Below, in pieces: positions 21,932 through 33,347 of a DNA stretch of 64,000 nucleotides (its first letter is position 1; every line of letters begins with the position of its first letter). Under the pieces are notes generated by a model. The model saw nothing but the letters and a program-made list of their open reading frames with translations. It was not told the DNA's origin and searched no databases. This DNA is from Rhodosorus marinus CCMP1338 (lineage: Eukaryota > Plantae > Rhodophyta). The position numbers were made by a program, and so were the translations under genes. Location: contig JAMWBK010000006.1 in assembly GCA_029953675.1 (NCBI GenBank), positions 1 to 64,000 of the forward strand. The letters run 5' to 3'.

Positions 21932-22770
21932 CCGCAGAGAGAACGCTATTGAGCGAGAGCCTACGATACTGCTCGGCGGACCAGTATCCTCGTTATTCTA
22001 TTGACAAATGGCTTCTTTTTCGTCGCCGGCCGTGGCTCTTAATGTAATTGCTAATCATCTTTGTCCCAGGTTGTCACTTCGAATGTACATTTTTGGCTAT
22101 CCGCCAGGCAGAGGTTGATTCTTTGCTCTTCTTTTGCCGTGGCACGGGGAATGAACGGTGCCTACCGTCGAAGTATTGTCGCCTTTGCACCTTCCGAGGA
22201 GGCCCCAGCCAAACGGCGTTTATTGGACAATTGGAATCTGCTAGAAGGCCAGGGCCTGGATGCAACCATGAGCACGCCAACGTTCGGAATCCAGATAAAA
22301 GGGGACTCAAAGCCAGTGCGCTTCTTGAAGAGGTATTCCTCATCGTATGCCTCGCTTTCTAAATAAGCACGGTGTGGAAATAGGAAAATAAGAGCACTTG
22401 CGACCCGGACGGCTAAACTACTATCAGAGTGACCACGTACCTGTCCAGGGATTTGTTGATGTTGCGTCCTCGAGTTAAATTGGTCCGGAGTTAGGTTCAG
22501 ATACTGCTGGTCGTGCGCTGGTGCCCGATGGAGAAAGCCAAACTGACCCGGGGTTGCCCTTCGAGAAGAGGTCCCAAGTTTCTGTTTGACGGCTGAAGAC
22601 TTATCATGAAGCTGATTATATACATATACGGAACTGGGCCTTAGAGGACCAGCAAAACGTTTGACAGTGGTGATCGTGCCGTGTGCAAAGGATACTGAGC
22701 ATTTTGTCTATACAGTCGAATTTTACGGAGATTGACTAGGATCGTGATCGCCGACATTGAAAATCTGCCT

Positions 22771-25640
22771 TTCAGATGCAGCTCGAAGCCTACAGGCCAC
22801 CGAAATGGCACCTTTTACCGCGGCTACGTGGAGACAACTACAAGCGCTCTTTCCCAACCCGGCAGAAGGTGACATACCAGACGAGATTGCACACGCCCTG
22901 CAATCTTTGCTCGCTCTGAATACCGAAACACTAAAGCGGCGGTGGGATTCAAGAAAAACTGCCGACGAGGGCCTCATGTCGATCGTGGCACGTCTTCCTC
23001 AGGGCAAGAGCCCAGGTCCTAGCGGTATCCGAGCGGAACACCTCCAAGGTGCAACTCAACAGACGCAAGTGGCGTTGATTCGTGTATTGCGACAACTGGC
23101 GACCGCTCCTGAGAAATTTTCCCCGGCTCTGACCCGCGCCCTTCGCAGTAGTCGACTCCTGCCGTTCGCGAAGCCTAAGAAGGGTTCAGTGCCGCAGGAA
23201 CATCCCGGAGTTCGCCCTATCGGAGTACCAGAAGTTTTGCGCAAGGTAGCAACGCAATGGACTCTTCACGCGGTTATGGACAGGGTGCGTGAGCTGCTGG
23301 TGCCCTTACAACTGGGTATTGGAGTAAGTGGCGGGTGCGAACGCTCACTTCACTTGATCCAGGCCCATTTGTCATGCGAACCCGATTCGGTGGTCCTTCG
23401 GCTAGACCTAGAGAATGCCTTTAATCGCATCGACCGACGCCTTGCCAAGCAACTGGTGGACGAACACTTGCCGGAGCTTGCACCAGTGTATCGACTTGGC
23501 TATGGAAGCGACAACGCGGACTCACCGACGCTCTGTGGCTGGCGATCTTCCCCGGGACAGAACGAAACCGACACCTCTCGCCTGACTCTCCAAGCAACTA
23601 CAGGAGTCCAACAGGGAGATCCACTGGGGCCGGTGCTACATGCACTATCCCTGGCGCCCTTTCTAAGAGCGTTGCGAGCCAAGTTCCCCAACGAAACGAT
23701 TGTTGCTATCCACGACGATATCACGATTGTCGGGCCGCTACAAGCCTTGAAGGCATCCCGGGCATGGGGAAAAACTGTGCTCCCCTCTCTTGGAGCACGC
23801 CTGCAACTCGGCAAGTGCACTGTGTACGGGCGAACACTGACTACCACGCGAGTGGTCAATCATGAGATTCCTGGAGTGCAAGTGACCAGAGACGGAGTCA
23901 CCATCCACTCGATACCGATAGGCAGCCGAGAATATATCGAACAGGAGTGCCGGGGGCTGCAAAATAAGCATGAGAAACTCTTTGAGCAAATTGCCAAGCT
24001 CCCACAACCGGAGCTTACGACGCAAATTGCCCTCTTCAGGTTCTGTGCAGAAAGGCGACTAGACTATGTGCTACGATGCCTCGCATACGAGTTTGGAAGA
24101 AATCTGGCACGCGAGGCCGACGTGATGACCAGATATCATCTGGAAATTCTATTCGGAGGCCTCGCTACGACAGCTGTAGAGGACGATGAGTACGCAGAGC
24201 TGATCTCGGACCAAATCGCTCTGCCCTGCCGCTGGGGAGGTTTGGGTTTCGCTACTCGAAAGCGCGTCCAACCCATCGCGTTTTACTCGTCATGGAGAAA
24301 CACCTTCCGGAACAATGAAGATGAATGGCCATACCTGACTGAACTGGACTGGACTTTACTAGCATAGGCTGAAGCGCTACGCAAGGCGTGAAGATGAACC
24401 AATAACTAGGGAGGGAAGCATGCAACCCCAGGCGCCGATGGCGCGCCTCGGAAAGCATGTCACTGAACTAGAGCGGGAGGTTACGGCAGAACGCTCACCA
24501 GACACATACGAGCCGACGGAGCAACGATGGTCGACTGCACAGCTGGCAGAACAGATCTGTGCATCGTCGCGAGCAATACAACGGAGGCTCGGACCAGAAG
24601 CCCCGCCGCGGATCTTGGCACTGACAACCCTGCAACAACCGCGAGAAACATCTCTTCGAAGCGCCCCGGGCGAGACTGCAGCTTGGAATAATGGTTCAAT
24701 ACAACAAACCCTCTCTCGAGAGGCACACCATTGTGCATTCCAAAAGCTGGTCACCAACCCACGAATCTCCCCTGAAAACCGAGCTCGAATACGGTCTGCC
24801 GCGGGATCCGAGTCGGGAGTCTGGCTGCGTGAAATACCAACGCTGACACCGAAAAAATTGAGTGCGGTTGAGATGCAGGTAAACGTTCGACAACTGCTGG
24901 GTCTGCCAATTCCGGGATTGCGCACCACCGAGAAGTGCACTAGTTGCCGGAGTAAACACGGAAGGACTGGGGTACAACGGTTTCATCACTGCCCAACATC
25001 AACTGGACTGTGGCAACGTCGGCATGACGAAATCTGCAGAGAGCTGACACGGTGGCTAAGGCGATGGAACTTCATGGACGTAGAGCAAGAACCCGAGGGG
25101 TACTTCGAGAACTACGGACTGCGACCTGATATCGTTGCTAGGCATCCGAGGACCAAACAAAGGTATGCGCTGGATGTGACGGTGGTGTCACCATTACAGG
25201 GAAAATATTTGCGGCTGAGCCAAGATGATAGCGGATACGCGGCGAGAGCTGCGGAGAAGTGGAAAATCGCTGACTACAAGGAAGCGATGGTGATCGAGAA
25301 ACCGGATGACAAGCTCATCCCGATAGCGATAGAGACGTTTGGGCGTACGGGGCAAATGGCACAAGAGTTCCTCCGCGACAGCTGCAAACACCTGCTGCAC
25401 AGGAGTGAGGAGCTGAGAGACGTGAGATCCCAGATAAACCGGCAACTATGGCGAGGTAACGCGGAGATAGCATTAGGCGCTTTGCGCGTGGACCAGCTGG
25501 AGAACCCGCTGGTGCCTGTTTTTTCTTTTGAACGTAGCATGAGACCCCGGTAGCGGGGTTCCAGAAAGTTTTTCCCTAGATAGGATTAGACGTAGTGTTG
25601 CGCTGCAGTAGGCAGCTGCCCAGTAAAGCTTACGGTTACG
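22771..25640 (+). mobile_element. 5'-truncated family A element (A2): RT-CCHC-RLE with one frameshift, complete 3' end
   Basis: SPGPSG, VRPIGVPEVLRK, LDLENAFNRIDR, GVQQGDPLGP, IHDD, CTSC...HHC, RHDE...RPD...LDVTV. Frameshift at ~24362 and stop at 25553. The 3' UTR ends GGCAGCTGCCCAGTAAAGCTTACGGTTACG. Confidence 0.93.
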
Positions 25641-25649
25641 GTAACGGGT

Positions 25650-26200
25650 TTAGGGGGCGAGGTGGTTGCCTACGGCCTGTCGCGGGAGATCATGCGGAGA
25701 TGGTGCAGAATTCGTAGTTGCGGCTCCACTTTCCCACATACCCGGTTTCCGGGACAACTCCGTAAGGCGTCCGGTGACGCCTTGCAGCTCTTGCGAGCTG
25801 TTGACCCGCGAGTACAGTTGAAAAACTGCTTTGTAGAAGCCTGTAACTTCGGACGCAGCGATGCCCAGGTCCTGGTAGCATCTGTCGAAGCTCCGCAGTT
25901 GATGCAAGAATGTGGCTGCCGGGTCGGTTGCGGCTGCAGACTCGGTCCATCTTCTTGCTTGAACATCGCCTGCTTGTGGTTCCGTCGGTGTCTCCTGCAC
26001 GTCGCCATCAGACTGGTGCTGGTGCCTTTGCAAACTTCCCGGGTGCCCGAGGGGTCCGGGCCCTGAACGACAAGAGGTTCGGGGTACGGCCCGCGTACCT
26101 CCCTCACAATCATCTTCGGACTCTCTTACGAACTTTCCTTTTGTCTTCCTTACGAACTTTTCCTTTTGTCTTCCCCAAACGCCTACGACCTAGATTAGCA
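25650..26200 (-). mobile_element. Probable 5' end / ORF1 N-terminal fragment of a family A-like element
   Basis: ATG at 26113 (VREVRGPYPEPLVV, resembling A1 VSLRADGPEPLPV), followed by a helical ORF after one frameshift. A 24-25-bp tandem duplication lies upstream (26135-26183). Similarity is weak. Confidence 0.45.
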
Positions 26201-26228
26201 ATAGAAGTAGTCGTTAGTCTAGGGTTAA

Positions 26229-26904
26229 GAAAAAAGAGGGACCAGTGGATTCTCCAACGGTCCACGCGCAAAGCGCCTAGGGCTATCTCGGCATTACCTC
26301 GCCAAAGTTGCCTGTTGATCTGCTATCTTACATCGCTCAGCTCCTCGCTCCTGTGCAATAGGTGTTTGCAGCTGTCCCGCAGAAACTCCTGTGCCATCTG
26401 TCCCGTCCGCCCAAATGTTTCTACCGCAATTGGGATGAACTTATCATCCGGGTGTTCTATCGTCATCGCCTCCTTGTAGTGCGCTTTCTTCCAGCTCTCT
26501 GCACATCTTGCTGCATATCCGCTCTCCGCCTCACTACATTCAGATACTTCCCTTTGAGAGGAGCCACAACCGTCACGTCCAGTGCATACCGTTGAAATGT
26601 CCTCGGATGCGCAGCAATGATGTCTGGCCTTAGCCCGCAGTTTTCAAAGTACTTCTCCGGCTCCTGCTCGATGTCCAGAAAGTTCCACCTGTTCAACCAC
26701 CTTGCGATCTCCGTGCATATCTCGTCATGCATACGTTGCCACAGGCCAGTAAGCGTTTGAGGAATTCACTGTTGGATCCCCAGTGAATACCTCAAACGCT
26801 TGTCGGTGGCACTCTCGAGAGAGAGTTTTTTGTATTGGACCGTCAAACGTTTGGTTTCCTTCTGCGTCCTCAGCTGTGCCTTGGGCTGACTCCTCAATCA
26901 ACTG
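26229..26904 (-). mobile_element. 5'-truncated family A 3' fragment (A3), RLE domain
   Basis: HDEICTEIARWLNRWNFLDIEQEPEKYFENCGLRPDIIAAHPRTFQRYALDVTVV closely parallels A2. The 5' junction abuts a telomere seed at 26905-26921. Confidence 0.9.
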
Positions 26905-26921
26905 CCAGACTAACGTACCCC

Positions 26922-27433
26922 TCGGCAAGCATGCTACTCGAATATCGCCACAGAGAGACACTTAAACGCTGCAAAAGTTCCAAGTACTCAACGGGATGCT
27001 CAGTAAAACATAACCGAAACCACTCCAAACCCGACTTCTCCACGTCACTAGAGCTTCCCACAATGAAAGGCTGGAACTGGTGGGAGCGACCCTCAGCGCG
27101 AGGCAGACTGCCCATACTCTCAGCACACCGTCGTTCCTTCACGCGGGGAAGGGCCGAAGCCGCTGCTCCCCGGCGGCGGGCGGCAGCCGTGAGATGGGCG
27201 CTTGCCACAGGGCATGTGATCGCGAGGTCAACATATGCGCAGCGTCTGGCGGCAGCATCGGAGACGAGGAAATCTGCAATACAGCGGGGCGGTGCCCTAT
27301 CCGAGACTGATCTGGGGTAGTTCCGATAACTGCGCACTTTTTTCTGCCATAAAATGCGGTTCGACTGACCTCTTACCGATGTTAGGTGTGTTTTACGATC
27401 ATGAAGATGAGCAGTTGCATTTCGCAGAAACCA
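26922..27433 (-). mobile_element. Family B RLE fragment (B5), truncated at both ends
   Basis: APPRCIADFLVSDAAARRCAYVDLAITCPV...EHPVEYLELLQRLSVSLWRY. Bounded by telomere seeds on both sides. Confidence 0.88.
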
Positions 27434-27452
27434 CAGACTAACGCAACCCCAG

Positions 27453-28300
27453 GGCTGCCGGAGTCATCTCCGTGTCATGGCCTTTGCCTTCCGCTGTCAC
27501 GCGTGCGCGTTTTTGCTGGGGAGGCTCCGGAAGGTTGTGCGGGAGCTCGGCGTGTGGATTTTCCTCTTCGGCATCCTCCTGTGGTAGTTGAGACGTAGCG
27601 CTGGAGTCACCCGAAGCGTCGAGGGTCCCGCGGGCTACCTGTGAGTCTCCGTGAGTCTCCGTGAGGAGTCGAGGCTTCTGGGGCTGCGTTTGTAGCGGCT
27701 GCAGTCGCAAGGGGTTCCACGCTCTCCCCGGCTACCGCTGGTGGATGTTGTAGGGCTCTTAACGCTGGTAGACGCTCTTCCAGTGTTTCATGGATGGCTG
27801 CGAGAGTAGAGAACGACAGATTCCTCTTTCCGAGCCTCGCGCGAATCCTGATGATCTGTTGTATGGCCCGGTGCAGCGTCTGGGCTGGGATATCCTCTTG
27901 GGCGATCCTTTGCCTTTAGTTGTAGCCCAACAGGTTGCCAGCCTCCAGTCCCTGTCCTGTGTGGAAAATCGCTTGCCGGTCAGGATGTCTCGGTGTGAAC
28001 GATCCAAAGATCCCTGTTCTGAAAACGCCTCTGGCGATAGCGCTCTGCACAATCGGGATTGCATACGGATGGCAGAGCAGGCTTGCGTGTGATGAGATGA
28101 AGTCCGCATGCGCGATGTGAGAGGCTGGGATTCCCCGCGCGGCGCATAGGACGGTGGTGAAGTCCGAAGGTGCCACATTATCCTGCCTTTGGGGGCGGAC
28201 GTTTCGAAGGGCGGCAAGGATCGGTGTGGTCTCTGGTCCCCAGATAGCTCCCTCCACCGTAGCGTGCAGCTGTCGCAGCGCTGCCTGCTGAGTCTGCCAG
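27453..28300 (-). mobile_element. Family A-like ORF1 fragment (C-terminal two thirds) with a nonsense codon
   Basis: ADFISSHASLLCHPYAIPIVQSAIARGVF matches A1 LDYFDHHVHVIAHHTAFQLLRDATNAGAF. GESVEPLATAAA matches GEESAEPLAATT, and there is an NLS-like PPQQKRARV. Bounded by telomere seeds. Confidence 0.72.
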
Positions 28301-28311
28301 CCCGAGACTAA

Positions 28312-28363
28312 CGTAAGCCGTAAAGGCTATTGGGGCAGCTGCCCAATAAAGGATACAGTTACG
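28312..28363. repeat. Imperfect inverted repeat made of two oppositely oriented family A 3' termini sharing the palindrome GGGCAGCTGCCC
   Basis: The plus strand reads gcagctgcccAATAAAggatacagttacg. The minus strand reads gcagctgccccaatagcctttacggcttacg-ttagtct. Confidence 0.75.
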
Positions 28364-28640
28364 ATAGGCTCGGGCAGCAGGATAGGGAGAGAGAGGGTTC
28401 TCGTGGCGGGATATATCTCAACGCTCTGTCTTCGTAACTGAACTGATGTGTGCGTTGAATCAGCTGATTTTAATCAGTCTCTTGGCTGACAGATGAATCT
28501 GATGTGTTAGTCCTTTTCCAGACTATATACTGAAGGAACGGAAGGCTCGTAACTTTCAAACGTCCCTCCCCCGTGGTCACTCTAGCCAGGGCTAGAGTGA
28601 CGCAGTTCATTCGCTTCTGAGAACTGATGATTTGGCCCAC

Positions 28641-29454
28641 TCAATACAGACCACATTTCATGAGGCACTCCTTCTGAATCTCCCGGGACACTGCCGCAGC
28701 CCGAAGCTTGTCGACTTTGTTGAGGGGTACATCGAAGATGACGCTCAAGAGATTGTCAGGAAAGCTCAGAATGCTATCCGGATAGTTAAGGGCTCCTGGG
28801 TCCTCGCTACTCAAACCCGCGAAGAACTGCGCCTCCTCGCAGCTGTCATTGATCTGGAAGTGCGGGAGTCCCTGAGGAAAGATAGTACCCTGTCCTGACT
28901 TCAACTTGTTGACAATCGTCCGAGTCTGGAACTCTACAAGTGTTACAATTACCAGCGCAATGACACGATTTGGCTTCAGTACTAAACAAGCATGCCCTGA
29001 TAAGCAACATTGACGGCTATAACCTACCCTCAGTGAAGCCAACCTTAAAATTTTTGCCCTTGATCAAATATAAGAACTCCGTTGCTCGCGGGTGGGAGTG
29101 CGGGTTATTCACTGTAAATTGAAGGAGAATTGGGGAGCAATTGTAAGCAAGGTTTCTCACAAATGCGACAGGAAAAAAATGAACTTGGTTGTGGGTTTTG
29201 CTACCTCCGCAAGGCTCAAGCGTGACGAGCGCAGCACCAATCCCAAGATTGCGTAGTGCTGGGAACGTGTTCAGAAAAGCTGGAATGAGAGTTGTTCCGA
29301 TTCCGTTGCTTAGCATTGGGCCCTTTCTGAAGTCGAAGACGAAATCCTTCCTGTCAAACTCCTGCCTCTCCTCCAGAGCTGTTTGTGTCGCGGCGAACAC
29401 TGCTAGCACAGATCCAAAAAGGATTAAAACACTGCACGGGCATGTTACTTTCAT
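28641..29454 (-). CDS. Secreted germin/spherulin-like cupin protein (2 introns inferred)
   Basis: Signal-peptide-like N-terminus. Germin box PHSHPRATEFLYLIKG and motif 2 GQGTIFPQGLPHFQIN. Confidence 0.9.
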
Positions 29455-29459
29455 TATAA

Positions 29460-31730
29460 ACTTCTGAGGTACGCGAATCGGGAAGCTCTTCTCTGCTCTG
29501 CTATCTTGTTCGTCTCAGCCATCAGACGATCCTTCTCTGGATTGCGTCCTAGGCCGCTTTTATAGTCAGCTTGGAGGGCGCTTGATGTGTACACTCGATA
29601 GGATAGCTTGTCTAGAATGTCAATGGAGAAATAGGCCCTCTTACCCACCATGTTGTTACAGCCCCTCTGGATGTGTGGGAATGCTGTCCACTTCGGAAGG
29701 ATTGGGTGGCTACTGATGGGAACTAGTTCCCCACTAGTTCGGATGGCGGTCGGTTCAATATCAACTTCCCGTCGGACAAGCACGTCGCGATTTGGATTGA
29801 GGACCTATTCTATGAAGAAATTTCTGAATACAACAGTTATCACTGAGCAGCTTCTTAAATGGTGTAGTGTCTTGCCAGATTACGAGATTACCGCAGAGCT
29901 GAACGGTGAGCAAAGTAGAAAAGCATCGAAGTCACTCAATTTTGACGGAGGGCTCGCCCAAAAAGAATACATAAAGTTAAGGAACCGCACCCCTTCTCAG
30001 CTTCTAAGCTCAGTCGCCGTACTTTTCGCACAGTGTAGCTTCACGTGACAATTGTAGCGGACAAGAAATGTACATCGGACTACTACCGCAGCATTCGACA
30101 AGGCAGCCGACTTGGATACCACATATCAAATGATTGGTTGCCGCGAAAAAGTAGAGGGGGGCTTCTGAGATAATGTTGCTCGTGAAATAACATATCCCAA
30201 TCTCTAAGCTGGTCGACATTGGAATTACGTTGTTTGAACTGCTCACGAGCATTTGGCAAACGGGCGCATTCTTTGAACTCGAACGTGTCGCAGCTCAGGC
30301 CATAACGCAAGAAAGTGCCCAGCAAGATCGGCATGGTGAAGCCAATCTTCGATCTGGATAAAGTATTCCATCCATTCAATTCCCCAATTTCAAGATCAAT
30401 CAAATGGCATTGATTCGCAGGCGACTGAAGAAATTCAGTGCGCTTGTTCAGTTCCTTGCTTACTTATGGCAAAGCCTAAAAATATCCTCAGGAAACCACA
30501 AAACAAAAAGCGAAAATCGAGTCTGTTTTTTTGGCACGACAACAAGCAGCTTTCGCCCCAATCTGATCAAGTAGGAGGTGATCTCTCGCTTCACGATTGT
30601 AAGTTTTTCAGAAATGTTTTGCGGCCGCAGCTTTATCTCCAATCGTCTGAGTGAATCGACACCGAAAATGAAAAGAAACTCTCTACTAGAGTGTAGACGT
30701 TGATTGACTCGCAGTCACTAAGCAAGTTTTGCACGGTGAGCAACAGTCAGCCATTCTGAGCCAATGGGAGGAGTTTTCTTCCCTTTTTTCAATTTTTCAA
30801 TTGAAATCGCAACTGCGCTGGCTTCCTTTGACGGATGCGTTGCACGCCAAGGCGAAAGCTAATACTGGTCGCTGTTTTGGTTTGGGAAGTGAATACGAAT
30901 GTCCGCTACATACAGCCTTTCTAGAAAACGAAGTTGACTGTAGGTCGGCCAGATCAGGGCAGAATTGATTGCCGGGCAGCATTAAGTCAGTTTTTGGCGA
31001 CATATTCCCTATGATCAACCTAATATGTACTTTCAGCGCGCCGCCGCCGAGCTAAATGCCCGTCGCCCACTGCTACAGGTGCAAGAACGTCGAAACGAAG
31101 CGTTCTTGAACTCACAGCCAATCCCTCATCTCCTGGTGCTTTGCAACAAGAGTATCTCTACACACACGAACTCGCACGAGCATAGGAAAGCGCTCTTGAC
31201 TGCCTAATTGCAGAAGGTAGATCCTCTCTAGGACAGGTCCTGCCTTTAGAAAGCAAAGAATGATGCGAACATCGTTTAGGCCGGGAGCTGCAGTATACAG
31301 ATGGCTTCCAGATAATTGAATTCAGATTACATGAAAACCCGAATGATTGGGCTTTGACTTTTATTTGTTAGGAATATTGGACTGGCTCAAATCGTCGTGC
31401 AGGTTCATCGAATCCAGTTTGAAGCTGCCACGAATCCATCGAGTCTCCGTCTCCCGTATATTCGGGCAAAAAATCGAGGTGAGTGATCTTCGCAAAGGCC
31501 TTCTTCAGGCTCCATGCAAGGACACTGCTGGCGTCATCTGGTTGTGTGGGTGCTTTGCGAATCAACTTGGTGCTTGGCACACTCCGAATCCTTTCTTAGT
31601 TTATCCCTTTCGTGGAGCACAGCCATCCTTGTCCTTCCGAGGGTCGTTCCTTGCGTGGAGTGTATTGGTGTAGGTAGCCCTCTAGTAAAGTTCTCGTCTC
31701 CGGCCAAGGGGTTCCACTTCGTTATGTAAT
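29460..31730 (-). pseudogene. Possible decayed coding relic(s), unidentified
   Basis: A series of short protein-like minus-strand ORFs (29454-29783, 30083-30403, 30460-30642, 31368-31580) separated by stops; no recognisable motif. Confidence 0.3.
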
Positions 31731-32100
31731 AAGTTATACTGGACGTCTTGATTCTACGTTCTTCTGGGGTTGCGGCACCTTCAACACAAGTGAGCGAAGC
31801 ACGAGCGACGCTCAGCCGGTCCCGGTGGAAAGGGAATGCAATGCCTCCACCCAGGCTCGCCGAATTGACGAAGGGAGCTATGAGATCGTTCCTCTAATAG
31901 AACGTGGCACACATCCCATTAGGGTTTTTTTAGCGCGTAGGTAGATTCCTTATTCGCTCTTGATGGGCTCCACTAGGGAGCTCTTCGGTAGAGCATTCAC
32001 GGTTACAGTTAGGTTATTTATATTGGACGTCGCATCAGTACCAGATCATCGGATCGGAACCAGTTCAATCCGTCGTAAGTAGGCTCTTGGGTAAATTCAA

Positions 32101-32900
32101 ATGGACATGATTCATGGTCCATGGATCACTGCTATACGCATATATGACCATGTGCTTGAATCTTGGGGAACTATGTCGAACCCAGCTGAGGCGAAAGCAA
32201 GTAGCTGCGCTGTTGGCTGTGAGCGCATTTGGCGCTACCGTTCAGTTGGAAATCCCCTGTGGAATAATCAACAGGGGATTTTCAACTTCCGGTGCAGCAG
32301 ACGTGCAACTCAAAAGGCCAAGGTCGACCGCTTGGGACAGGAAGAACCCACCCTAGCCCATATCACCCAAAATCGGAGGTTCCCACCAACCGTTGTCGAA
32401 CCCGCATCCCGCGGAAATGGAACACAATGGGCTACCGCACAGCAAGAGTTCCGCAGGTTGCCGAGCTTGGGCAACCCACGCTCTCACCCAGGGACTTCGC
32501 GCTCAAAACTTCAGCAAAGTGCTCGACCGTAGGTGTCCGAAGGTTTAACCGAGGACGGATCGGAAACGGTTGAGCTCTATTTCGACCCACAATCTCGTCC
32601 CCTGTACGTGTCTAGAATAAGCATGCCAGCACTGAGTCCTGACTACTCCGGGGTTACGTTCCCTTTTGGCTTCCACAATGCGAACCTGTGCAACGTCAAG
32701 AGCGGGGAGTTCTTGGACTCCAGCAGAATCTCAAGTTTGTGCCAATGCTGGGCTTACGCTAATCTGTGGTATTTACCTTCATGAGAATTTCTTTTCGAAG
32801 ACGAGAGGCAGAGACCACGGGACAAAATAGTCATAGATGAGATACAGCAACCAACAGAATCCCCCACTCACTGCGGTTCGAATACAGAACCCATCTAGTC
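32101..32900 (+). pseudogene. Unidentified interrupted ORF (paralog at ~15997-16770)
   Basis: Consecutive protein-like frames 32101-32532 and 32533-32784 that are broken in both copies. Confidence 0.3.
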
Positions 32901-33347
32901 TCACTTGAAGATGGCGACTGGAGTTTATACCGCTGCTTTGCTGAACTACGTAAGCGTGAGCTTGGGGGCCAGGATGGTGCTCCTGTCACTTAAGCAACCC
33001 CTCGTGTCCCCTGAGGTTAGCCTTTTTCCTGGAATGTGCGTCAACGTGAACTCTGGATTGGAGCGCTCAAATTATTAAGCCGAAAACCTCGCCAGCGGTC
33101 GCTGGCAACCTCAAAACTCAGCTCAAGCAGAGACTCAACCCCTCTAACCGGTCCGTCTAGTCCTGGTTGCAGTGTTCAAACTCCCGAACCGAGCCTGTCC
33201 TGGAAGGTCAGACAGCCCAAATCTGGACTTTTGTCTCCGAGAAAAGAGGAGTACAAGACATTACCTGAAGTGGAAAACTGGGGTTACGGCTATTCCATTA
33301 GGGAGAGTAAGATGTGAATGCAGGGCTACGAGTTTTAGGAGGCTACT

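Larger units (their letters stand above)
15091..22770 (+). repeat. Segmental duplication, distal copy (direct repeat of 31291-38893)
   Basis: Colinear high nucleotide similarity (roughly 90-95% by eye), from cagtat.cagat.gcttccag to aaaatctgcct. Confidence 0.95.

Noticed and set aside
26212-26228. CGTTAGTCTAGGGTTA as an inverted telomere seed or fusion junction
   Set aside because: It may simply be the A3 3' UTR, since A2 has the similar ccctagatagg at the equivalent place. It has one mismatch and an ambiguous origin, so it is not counted.
27640-27670. GTGAGTCTCC x2.5 micro-repeat
   Set aside because: A local slippage duplication within the decayed ORF1 fragment, with no wider pattern.
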